A DNA stretch of 64,000 nucleotides, taken from the NCBI RefSeq assembly GCF_964204645.1, contig NC_134031.1, forward strand, positions 186,001-250,000, in the 5' to 3' direction. The stretch is from Tubulanus polymorphus. Its lineage: Eukaryota > Animalia > Nemertea. A program made the position numbers and the translations under genes. How positions within the stretch are numbered: position 1 is the stretch's first letter; the number at the start of each line of letters is the position of its first letter. The notes under the pieces were generated by a model. The model worked only from the letters and a program-made list of their open reading frames with translations. It had not been told where the DNA came from and did no database searches. Of this stretch, positions 10,430 through 22,109 are shown one piece after another.

Positions 10430-13350
10430 CATTTGAACCCAGTTATTACTGACACTAATTCATTCAGAGTTGATCCTGATGCTGAATAGAGGATGTACAG
10501 GGGTGTCCCTGGTTCGAACCCAGAAGTTACTGATACTGGTTCAGAGTGATACTGATGCTGAATAGAGGATGAACACACGTGTCCGACGAGGAGAGGATAT
10601 CAAGATTTCCTAACGTTATCGCCATCTATTGGAATTTTGCTGAACTGACTAGTTAGCTCTTACTCGTCTCACTGAGTCTTCTTTAATCCGTTAGAATCAC
10701 ACTCGCCATCTGGTGGATATAACCATCATTAAACTGTAGTAGCATAGAAATACACCAGATGGCGAGTGTGATTTCAACCCACTGAAGAAGACTCAGTGAG
10801 ACGAGTAAGAGCTATCTATTCAGTTCAGCCAAATTCCAATAGATGGCAATCATAGCATTATTATTCTATGCAGTAGAGTAATAAAATTATCTTATCTTAT
10901 CTTATCTTATCTCATTAAAGAAGACTCAGTGAGACGAGTAAGAGCAATCTAGTCAGTTCAGCCAAATTCCAATAGATGGCGATCATAGCATCATTATTCT
11001 ATGTACCAAAAGTTTTGGTTAGAGTGTAATAAACTATTTTATCTTATCTTATCTTATCTTAAACTAAGCGGATGTCCCGGGTTCGAACCCGATAATTACT
11101 GACACTGATTCAGAGTGGTCCTGATGCTGAAAAGAGGATGTACAGGGGTGTCCCGGGTTCATACCCAGTAATTACTGACACTGATTCAGAGTGGTCTTGA
11201 TGCTGAATAGAGGATGTACAGGGGTGTCACGGGTTCGAACCCAGAAGTTACTGATACTGGTTCAGAGTGGTCCTGATGCTGAATAGAGGATGTACACACG
11301 TGTACAACGAGGAGAGGATATCAAGATTTCCTAACGTTATCGCCATCTATTGGAATTTGGCTGAACTGACTAGTTAGCTCTTACTCGTCTCACTGAGTCT
11401 TCTTTAATCCGTTAGAATCACACTCGCCATCTGGTGGATATAACCATCATTAAATTGTAGTAGCATAGAAATACACCAGATGGCGAGTGTGATTTCAACC
11501 CACTGAAGAAGACTCAGTGAGACGAGTAAGAGCTATCTAGTCAGTTCAGCCAAATTCCAATAGATGGCGATCATAGCATTATTATTCTATGCACCAAAAC
11601 TTTTGGTTAGAGTGTAATAAACTATCTTATCTTATCTTATCTTAAACTAAGCGGATGTCCCGGGTTCGAACCCGATAATTACTGACACTGATTCAGAGTG
11701 GTACTGAAGCTGAATGGATGATATAGAGGGGTGTCCCGGGTTCGAACCCAGTAATTACTGACACTGATTCAGAGTGGTCTTGATGCTGAATAGAGGATAG
11801 GATGTACAGGGGTGTCCCGGGTTCGAACCCAGAAGTTACTGATACTGGTTCAGAGTGATACTGATGCTGAATAGAGGATGAACACACGTGTCCGACGAGG
11901 AGAGGATATCAAGATTTCCTAACGTTATCGCCATCTATTGGAATTTGGCTGAACTGACTAGTTAGCTCTTACTCGTCTCACTGAGTCTTCTTTAATCCGT
12001 TAGAATCACACTCGCCATCTGGTGGATATAACCATCATTAAACTGTAGTAGCATAGAAATACACCAGATGGCGAGTGTGATTTCAACCCACTGAAGAAGA
12101 CTCAGTGAGACGAGTAAGAGCTATCTAGTCAGTTCAGCCAAATTCCAATAGATGGCGATCATAGCATTATTATTCTATGCAGTAGAGTAATAAAATTATC
12201 TTATCTTATCTTATCTTATCTCATGAAAGAAGACTCAGTGAGACGAGTAAGAGCAATCTAGTCAGTTTAGCCAAATTCCAATAGATGGCGATCATAGCAT
12301 CATTATTCTATGTACCAAAAGTTTTGGTTAGAGTGTAATAAACTATTTTATCTTATCTTATCTTATCTTAAACTAAGCGGATGTCCCGGGTTCGAACCCG
12401 ATAATTACTGACACTGATTCAGAGTGGTCCTGATGCTGAAAAGAGGATGTACAGGGGTGTCCCGGGTTCATACCCAGTAATTACTGACACTGATTCAGAT
12501 TTATCCTGATGCTGAATGAGGATGTACAGGGGTGTCCCGGGTTTGAACTCAGTAATTACCAGAGTGTGATTTCAACACAGTCCCTCAATTAATTAATTTT
12601 TAAAATATACAATTAACAATTAACTATTTAAAAAAAGTTTCTATTTCCCTCATTGTGAACTTAGGTAATAATACGTATCGATGAGACCCATTCCCAGAAT
12701 TAGGCCCAGTTACACAGGGCCAAATTCTGACTATCTTACGGGAACTGCTGTTAGACTCAAAGCTTTTTTATGACAATATATTGTTTTTAGAAATATGGAT
12801 ACTATTCTGTATTGTTCAACGAATTTGTACTATACTCTATTCAAAAAAAGTTTATATTTTCCTCATTGTGAACTTAGGTAATTCATCTACATCTGTCGCA
12901 ACGCTACCGAATAAAGCGGCGTGTACCGGATAAATAAACGATTTGTGTAAAAAAAACAACAATTCAGCAGTCAACTAATAAAAGAAAAACCTTTGCAATC
13001 ACTGTATGAACACCTCAGCGGCCGCAAAAATATACCCGGCGGGATTCGATCCTGCGACCTGCACCATGGTAGTCATGCACGCTAACCACTAGACCACTGA
13101 ATTGTAACGGTTAGGATAGTTTGTGAATACGTCCGGTCAGTGTGCTGTGCTGACCAGTCGATACCATAATTACCAAGTTATTCTTTATTACACGTATCGA
13201 TAACATGTCATTGCACGGCATTCCGGCATTCCCTAGTGATTCAAAATTATCCTGATGCTGAATAGATGATGTACAGGGGTGTCCCGGGTTCGAACCCAGT
13301 AATTACTGACACTGATTCAGAGTGGTCCTGATGCAGAATAGAGGATGTAA
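10430..13350. repeat. Composite higher-order repeat: 76-bp B-box-containing units, three 233-bp palindromes and (TTATC)n tracts; 1309-bp periodicity
   Basis: 76-bp unit gtacaggggtgtcccGGGTTCGAACCCagtaattactgacactgattcagagtggtcctgatgctgaatagaggat. Palindromes at 10618-10850, 11339-11571 and 11927-12159; extra right arms at ~10920-10983 and ~12229-12292. Block 10571-11170 recurs at +1309. Confidence 0.92.
13034..13103 (-). pseudogene. tRNA-derived sequence (SINE head or tRNA pseudogene)
   Basis: Minus strand reads aattcagTGGTCTAGTGGttagcgtgcatgactACCatggtgcaggtcgcaGGATCGAATCCcgccgggtat. A box and B box are at tRNA spacing, but the acceptor stem does not pair well. Confidence 0.7.
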
Positions 13351-13515
13351 AAGTGTTATTAAAATTCTCCCGTGCGGCGCAAATGGGAGGAAAATGCATC
13401 AAAGAAGATGATAAGTGTCCCGCTGCCCGGGAGGCCGGTTGATCGGGAGATGCTGCCCTCTACTGGCGAATTGGTTTTTTATTGTGGCTTCAGCTGAAGA
13501 ACTTTGCTTTCCAAG

Positions 13516-16500
13516 ATGTCAGCGACCATGGATGACGAAAATGTACAGGAAACAGATTTATATGGGTGTTTGGGTATATTTAAAGAGGTAAAGGTGTTAA
13601 AATGTTACTTTCAGAAATCTATAGATAGTTATGAATTACAATATTGACGGTTAAAACCGATGATCGCTATGGTAACGCCTATCGGACACCTGTCAGTGTC
13701 GATTATCAATCAATTCAATGTCGATCAAGATTTATTTATTCTCAAACTTTGGTTTAGGCTTCGACTGAAGAAATCAATAACGCGTTTCGTCGTTTGAGTC
13801 GAATGTATCATCCTGATAAACACATAGAACCAGATCGCAAACAGAAAGCTGTTTTAATGTTTAATAAAATCAAATACGCTCATGAAAGTAAGTAAAGTCT
13901 GTCCGTCTGCCCGGCGTCCTGCTGGGTGAGTCAGGGAATGATCACTAGGGGGCAGCACGTATATCTCTCAGTCTATTCTCTATTGTAGTATTAATGGACC
14001 CTTATAAACGAGCGATCTATGACACCCTCGGATTGAAAGCATTAGAAACAGAGAGTTGGGAGGTATGTTTTACCGCGGCACCCCCCTTCCGGGATAGCAG
14101 CTAACAGACACCCTCCCCCTTCCGGGATAGCAGCTAACAGACACCCTCCCCCTTCCGGGATAGCAGCTAACAGACCCCCTCCCCCTTCCGGGATAGCAGC
14201 TAACAGACACCCTCCCCCTTCCGGGATAGCAGCTAACAGACACCTTCCCCCTTCTGGGATAGCAGCTAACAGACACCCTCCACCTTCCGGGATAGCAGCT
14301 AACAGACACCCTCCCCCTTCCGGGATAGCAGCTAACAGACCCCCTCCCCCTTCCGGGATAGCAGCTAACAGACCCCCTCCCCCTTCCATGATAGCAGCTA
14401 ACAGACCCCCTCCCCTTCCGGGATAGCAGCTAACAGACACCCTCCCCCTTCCGGGATAGCAGCTAACAGACACCCTCCCCTGGATAGCAGCTAACAGACC
14501 CCCCAATACCAGATAGGGGCTAACAGACACCCAACCTCCACCGGTATGTCATGCAATAAAACAATTGTTTTTTCAGATTGTTGCTAGGCGACAAACTCCG
14601 CAGGAAATCCGAGAGGAATACGAAAGATTATTGATTGAGAGAGAGGAACGAAGATTAAATCAACGAACTAATCCTAAGGTTTAATTCTAATCCTAGTTTA
14701 ATTCTAGTGTTTATAGTGTATTTTACTGTAAGGTAATGATGTATGATTTCAGGGTTCTATAACAGTAGGAATCGATGCTACCGATTTATTTGATCGTTAC
14801 GTCGACCAGTACAGTGGCGCCACCGCTGCTGCAGGTTCTGAATTACCAACTATTGAAGTCAGTAGTATGTCTATATCACAGTCTATTGACTGTCCGTTAA
14901 CCAATCAGGATACAGCGATTTTAGGAGGCAATTTATCCACTCACAACGGAACTGGTTCAGGAACGATAACGGCTTCAAGCAGACGCATTCTATCTGATAA
15001 AGGATGGGCCGAGGTTAGTGAGAGATTGAGATATCTGATGAGAGTTTGATCGAGATATCTGATGACAGGTTGATCGAGATATCCGATGAGAGTTTGATCG
15101 AGATATCCGATGAGAGTTTGATTGAGATATCTGATGAGAGTTTGATTGAGATATCTGATGAGAGTTTGATCGAGATATCTGATATTTATTATTGATATTG
15201 ATGAATTATTTGTCCACAGTTAGAAGTATCGGCTGGTAACGGACCTATGATTCATTTAAAAGGTTTTCGGACATTCACTAAACATCTGTAAGTTATAATC
15301 GATCAGATTTACGTTAATTATTGAATATTTAACGAGTATTGTTAATTGTTGTAGTTAATTGTTATAGATTTGGAACGATGTCAGGATTTTTACAGTTTTC
15401 TCGAGGTGGAATTCAGCCCGGTGTTTCTACCAGTAAGTCGTCCACACTCCGTTCAATCTTCAATTCTATAAGGAGTAATAAATCAATGAATTGTGATTTG
15501 TTATTGTTTCAGTGTTCGCCGCTCAATTAGATAAATCTCTTCAAGGTCGAATATCTATAAATCTAGGATTAATGACCTCTATAACGACGACTGTTGTTCA
15601 TGATTATAAAGATAATCATTTAGTTTTTGGAATTCAGGTAAAAATCAATAATCCCCAAATCACTGTTATAATTATACGCCTTGTTGGTAACTATAGTAAC
15701 CATCTGTTACAGTTAGGAATACCGAATTCATTTGTAACGGCCGGATATACCAGACGATTCCCGCAACAAGAGGCTAAGATTAAACTAGCTTTAAAGTAAG
15801 TGAAAGTTAACTAAATTGTCGGTTTGAATTCTGTGATACCTGATTGTTTAAACGGTCGTTTTGTTAACGCGATTGTTTGAATGGTTGTTATGGCAACACG
15901 ATTGTTTAAGCGGTTGTTATGGCAACACGATTGTTTAAGCGGTTGTTATGGTAACTCGATTGTTTAAGCGGTTGTTATGGCAACACGATTGTTTAAGCGG
16001 TTGTTATGGTAACTCGATTGTTTAAGCGGTTGTTATGGTAACACGATTGTTTAAACGGTTGTTATGGTTACTTTAGATTCGGAACATTCGGAGGAATAGT
16101 TGAATACGGAGCTGAAAAGAAAGTTTCACAGTTTAGTGTTTTAGGAGCTCATGTTGTTATCGGAGTCCCCACAGGAGTTCTACTGAAAATCAAGTACAGT
16201 TTAAAACTTCACGTTTCACCGCTGTCCGTCGTTGATATGGTTACCGGTATAACTGTTTATATTGTTGTAGATTACACCGTGGAAACCAGACGTATAATTT
16301 TCCGATTCATTTATCGGAATCAATGAATCCGACGGCGATCTTCTACGGTACTCTCGTCCCATTGGTCGCTTTCATAGTCGTTAAAAATCTGCTGATTAAA
16401 CCGTTTTTAGAACAACAACGTGAAAGGTACGACTAGTGGCGCAGTACTGTGGCGGTATTGTGAACTAGAAAACAGCCTGCTTCATGCGTTTCACTTGTGT

Positions 16501-17748
16501 TTCTCTTCAATTTCAGAGATCTTGAAAAGAAAAGACAAACAAATTCAGAAATGATGGCGGAAAAGAAAAGGGAGGCAGAGGCAGCAGTAAGTGTTATTCT
16601 CATGGGGTAGGGTGTGTGAGGGTGTGTGGAGAGGAGTGTCAGGGGGTGTGTGGAGAGGAGTGTCAGGGGGTGTGTGAGGGAGGAGTGACAGGGTGTGTGT
16701 GGGGCTGTGCTGTCAGGGTGTGAGGGGAGTGTGGGGTAGGGGTATCAGGGTGTGTGTGGGGGAGGGATGTCTAAATTAACTGTCACTTTCTCTACTTTGT
16801 TATAGAGAGATTTAATGAAAGAATCAGTGATAAGAATTCGTGAATTTGAAGAAGGAAGAAAAGGTTTAGTTATTGTTAAAGCTGTATTCGGAAAACTGAT
16901 ATCTACTGAAACTAAGTAAGTTACTGACCACTGGTCACTCACAACTGGTCACTCTAGACTGGTCACTGACCACTATGAAACATCTCTGATGCGATTAATT
17001 ATGTTTCAGACCAGGAATATTTGTAAAAGTTTTATTAGTTCCCAAGAGAAAGAGGTATCAGTCATCCCACACAAAACTCTGTTTGTTCAAGTTCCTTTAT
17101 TTCTGAATTTTGTTGTGTTTTTGTGTCAGTTTTTGACTTTAATTCGATATTTTACGATTGATTATAAACTCGAAGAAACGGAAACATGTTTAACTCGTAT
17201 CTATAAGATCCACTGGCTCCAGGTGCACTATCGAGACTCGAGTCCACAAGTGGTCGGACCACTTTTGGACTCGAGTTTGGATTTGAGACCGTCTCAAATA
17301 TCAAGACTAATCTTAAGTGTTAGATTTAGAACTAGGATGGTTTTATACTGGTCTTAAATCTAAGCTATGTTAGTTTTTCACGTGATATTAGATTGCTCAG
17401 TGTATTGTATGATGTATATATATTGTAGTGATATAGATGAAAGTGTATGTGTTGATGTAACTGATCCGATTCAGTCACTAGTGAAGAACTCTCAGTTAAT
17501 TATACCCGGAGATCAGTTAAAGAGCGGTTTACCGGGATTCTACGATCCCTGCATCGGAGAGGATAAAGTATTATACATCAGATATAGATTCAGACAACAA
17601 TTACATCACGTAACGGTCGGTGAAATAGAGGAACTACGCTGCCCTCTACAGAGTAAGTTTCATATCTAGATCCCTCTCATGGTTCTAGTATCACTGGTCT
17701 ATATTCAATTTTCTATTTTCAGGGCATTTAATAACAAGTGAATCATAG
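13516..17748 (+). CDS. DNAJC11: DnaJ homolog subfamily C member 11
   Basis: Exons 13516-13587, 13758-13887, 13989-14062, 14577-14678, 14753-15013, 15220-15287, 15368-15432, 15513-15637, 15713-15795, 16077-16193, 16271-16426, 16517-16586, 16806-16915, 17429-17652, 17723-17748 (TAG). J domain with YHPDKH; [12 protein letters not shown]...[21 protein letters not shown]; C-terminal [22 protein letters not shown]. These match DNAJC11 as I recall it. Confidence 0.96.
14084..14530. repeat. 33-bp intronic minisatellite, about 13 copies
   Basis: Unit ccccttccgggatagcagctaacagacaccctc. Confidence 0.95.
15028..15184. repeat. 24-bp intronic minisatellite
   Basis: Unit gagatatctgatgagagtttgatc. Confidence 0.9.
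15872..16070. repeat. 29-bp intronic minisatellite whose unit contains an RFX X-box match
   Basis: Unit GTTGTTATGG(C/T)AACacgattgtttaagcg at 15884, 15913, 15942, 15971, 16000, 16029; degenerate at 16058. Confidence 0.9.
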
Positions 17749-18812
17749 CATTTAGAAGTAGGATTAATTGAATGGATTTAGCTGGAGTAGAGGAGAGAGA
17801 AGAGACAAGTGTTTAATTCAGTTGGTGCCAGTTTTAATTGTTAATAAGTAGTAGGACATTGTTATAATGAATTCCACTGACAGTAAACAATCGTTTGTTT
17901 CAGTCTCTTTTGTTTTTCTAGTGTTTGTAAAGAAATATGTAAATATTAAACATTGAATGAAGAGGATTTCAGTTAATTTTATCAAATTATACTCTTCAGA
18001 CTTATTTATTTGATGGGTCACTCTACTACTGTTGCAGCTGCTGCTGAGAGGTCTCTGCTGCAGATAGGTAACTATTGTAGCTGCTGCTGCTGCCGAGGGG
18101 TCACTCTGCTGCTGCTGGGTCACTGTACTGCAGCTGAGGGGTCACTCTGCTGCTGCTGCTGATGGGTCACTACTGCTGCTGCTTCCGAGAGGTCACTGCT
18201 GCAGTAACTGCTGATAGGTCACTATTGTAGCGGCTGCTGCTGCTGCGGCATCTGGGTCACTCTGCTGCAGCTCTCCCACAGGACTCCTTCGTCCTCCATC
18301 TCAAGATATAGCTGAATATGAGTTCGATATTTCAACCGTCTGCTGTTGCTATGGACTGTATCCAATCTTGTGGTAGCTATGGTGATATCATTACAGAAGA
18401 TCCGATCAAATTAAATAAAGATTTTATTTTTCGTGTATATGGAATTTATTCAATAAGGGTCTCACTATCTCCCCTTGTTTAACATTCTTTGTACAAGCTT
18501 CAAGCTAAATCAGAAATGAGTCCGAAACAAATCAAACACCGACCCTGGCAAGTGAGTTTACCTCACTCATATACATCACCCACTTCAACTCTAATCAACC
18601 GAGCATCAACAGAAAGTGACATAGATGGCGCTAGTATCAAACGACTGATATTTGATCGGACACATTTAGATTTTAACGATGATTATTTTCAGCGGCGCGG
18701 CTGAGCGAGCGAGCGTTCTCAGTTAGCTTGGATATAGAATAACTATATAGAGAGGTCACTATGCATTGATTAAGCATCGCAGTTTGTTGAACACTATGTT
18801 TTACAATGAAAG

Positions 18813-19188
18813 CCTAGCAGACAGTACTGCCTAGCAGACAGCGCTGTCTAGCAGACAGTACTGTCTATCTGACAGTGCTGCCTAGCAGACAGAGCTGCCT
18901 AGCAGACAGCGCTGTCTAGCAGACAGTACTGTCTATCTGACAGTGCTGCCTATCTGACAGTACAGTCTATGATGTGACAGTGCTGTCTAGCAGTGCTGTC
19001 TAGGAGACAGCACTGCCTAGCAGACAGTGCTGTCTATCTGACAGTGCTGCCTAGGAGACAGTACTGTCTATCTGACAGTGCTGCCTAGCAGACAGTGCTG
19101 TCTATCTGACAGTGCTGCCTAGGAGACAGTACTGCCTAGCAGGCAGTGCTGCCTAGCAGACAGTACTCTCTATCAGACAGTACTGTCT
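18813..19188. repeat. 17-bp quasi-palindromic minisatellite
   Basis: Unit ctagcagacagt(a/g)ctg(c/t). Confidence 0.9.
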
Positions 19189-19422
19189 ATATTCACACCT
19201 AACATACACGATATATCGCTGCTTACTTTTAGCGTGCTTTCAACTTCTAAATGAATTTTCATGAGAATCTAAATGAAATACATATATATCTTATATGACT
19301 AGAGATTAAACAATAAGCCAGCTAGTGCTTCCCTCTAGTGGTAATAATATACAACAATAAAACCGTAGGCATACTGATACACAATGATTTCAATTCAATG
19401 AATAAATAGTGAAACTAGAACA

Positions 19423-19790
19423 CGACCCTCAGACCCTTACAGGACCCTCTGAACCTTACATGACCCTCAGACCCTTACAGGACCCTCTGAACCTTACAGG
19501 ACCATCGGACCCTTACAGGACCCTCAGACCCTTACAGGACCCTCTGAACCTTACAGGACCCTCAGACCCTTACAGGACCCTCTGAACCTTACAGGACCAT
19601 CAGACCCTTACAGGACCCTCAGAACCTTACATGACCCTCAGACCCTTACAGGACCCTCTGGACCTTACAGGACCCTCAGACCCTTACAGGACCCTCTGAA
19701 CCTTACAGGACCATCAGACCCTTACAGGACCATCAGACCCTTACAGGACCCTCAGACCCTTACAGGACCATCAGACCCTTACAAGACCCT
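19423..19790. repeat. 20-bp minisatellite
   Basis: Unit gaccctcagacccttacagg with variants. Confidence 0.92.
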
Positions 19791-20962
19791 TTGAGTCTCA
19801 CCAGTGAGACCTACTAGAACAGGACCCTTTGACTATCACTAGCTCTCAATATACAGAAGCCTGCTATAGGCCTACATAACTATGATCAGTGAGTTGAAAC
19901 AGGAAGTGAGTGAATTGAGGGTTATATGATTATAAATATATTCAAACCAATATTGTGCGCAATTCCTACCAAACAATACACCAGAGGGCGGTTGGGGGGG
20001 GGGGGGTATTTAGTGGGGGTATTCCTGTAGTTAACTGGGGCCAGTTACATTGGCCTGGGCACAATTTACCTAGAGGTCAAATTCACTGACCCTATGTTGG
20101 ATGTCTGGGTCTGGGAAAAAGATCCAGCATTATCTCTAGGAAACTGGGTGTCTGGGTTCCTCCCTACTAACCCCTCCCCAAAACCCCCTCCCCCCATTTC
20201 AATGTTACGTAATTTATACAAAGATAATGAATTCAATGTTTTTAGATTCAATAAATGAAAAACAAAAAAAAAGTAAGGTGTAAAATGTAAAGGAATGACG
20301 AACTGCGATTTGTCTTTTGATGAAATAATCAGCTTGCGAACATATCACACATCAAGGTTTTATAAATATTAGTTTGTTATTTTTACTGATCTGTTTTTTT
20401 CACCAGTTCAAATACCTTCGCGAGAAGAAAATTCCGTTGCGAATTTTTTAAAGGAATGCGTTTCCAACTTGATCTGATCAGAGCTAAGTAAACTGTCAGT
20501 GAGTTTAAACGAGGGCTGCATTCATGAACTGGTTAAAAAAAATCAGTTTCTCTAATTCTTTCAAACAAAGTTTCAAACAAATTCAAATTGTTTACAATAA
20601 TACCGGTAATACATTTCAGTTGAAAGGTCATCGTCGTTATGATTACAAAAACAAACAAAAAACAAATTATCAACAAAATAAAATTAAAATTTTAACAACT
20701 AACTTTTTAATAAGGAGACTTCTGAATTCAGTAGATTCACATGATTATAGCAATAATTAAATGTAATTTGGCGACTGATTGTTTCAGTTAACTGACTGCT
20801 AACAGGGAACAAATTTTTCAATCAAAATTTTGAATGTTCAATTTAGAGTAACCGGTTTGTGGGGGGGGGGGGTTAAGGGGGGCTGGTATGATGTAAGTAG
20901 CTAAGCAAACTATGAAACCATCAATAAACGTAACAACAAAAATATACATGATTTAACAGAAA

Positions 20963-20998
<36 letters not shown>

Positions 20999-22109
20999 TC
21001 ATTATTGATTATTCAATTATGATAATTATTAATTGATTAGACTTTTAAAAACGTTGTCCAAAGAGAAAATAAAGAAAAGCTTTTTTCTTTGATACCCGCT
21101 TGAAAACACCTTTTTAAATTCAGTGAATTTGATTTTGAAAAATGTCTTAATTATTCGAAATAACAAGAATAAGAGTGCGAACAATAAAGACAGATATAGA
21201 AAGAGGGAGAGAGAGAGAGAGAGCGGAAAGAGTTGGAGGAAGAGTGCGACTGCTACTGCGTTTAACAATACTAACCGTTATCGCCATGGTTTCAACCGTT
21301 GGCACACTTCCAAACAAGTGAATATTTGAATATTCTTTGCTTTCAAAACCACACACAACATTCAAATGCAAATTGAAAACATGTTTTATGTAGATGTAAT
21401 GTTTAAATGAGCCATATTTTAACCCTTCGATATCCGAACCATTGACAGCAGATCAAAAACATATATAGTCACAAATATTGAAATTATTTCCCTCCGAAAT
21501 TATCGGTAAAATTAGTTGAAGATTCTGGTCAGGCGAGAGAGACGGAGAGAGATTGGGAAGATGGAGATGAGATGTTGATGATGCAGTATTTACAGTCAAT
21601 CTATGACACCCTGATAACCTTGTATAATACATGAAGAGAATAGTAGTAGTAGGCTGTGGCATGCAAGTATTAACAATATTTCTAGAAAATTCATCAGTTT
21701 TTTATTTGGTTCGAAAAAGAACATAGTTCTAAATCGCCGTGGATTTCACCGTTATATTTCAAACGGTTGAAATTCAAATTTTGAAAATAACCAATAATAG
21801 TCCGGAGAAATAGATAAATATGTCAGTTGTGTCAGTTGAGTTTGAAATTCGAAATGTTCGATATATTTCGATAATTAACTCTCGTCGTTGTTGAAAAAAA
21901 TTCAATCGAAAAAATCACGAAATTACGAGAAATAAATTAACATCATCGTTACGATATAATATTCATCGTCATGGTAACAACACGTCCAGACGCGAATCGA
22001 TCGGTCGAATTAGAAACGAAATATAAACCTCCCTCGCGTTAATGAGAGGGAGAACGAAATCATTCTAATTATTCGCTTATTAATTAATTACCTAATTATT
22101 TAAATATCG

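Noticed and set aside
13034-13103. Functional tRNA-Gly(ACC)
   Set aside because: The acceptor stem is mismatched, the anticodon is atypical for eukaryotes, and it lies within an apparent insertion; treated as tRNA-derived.
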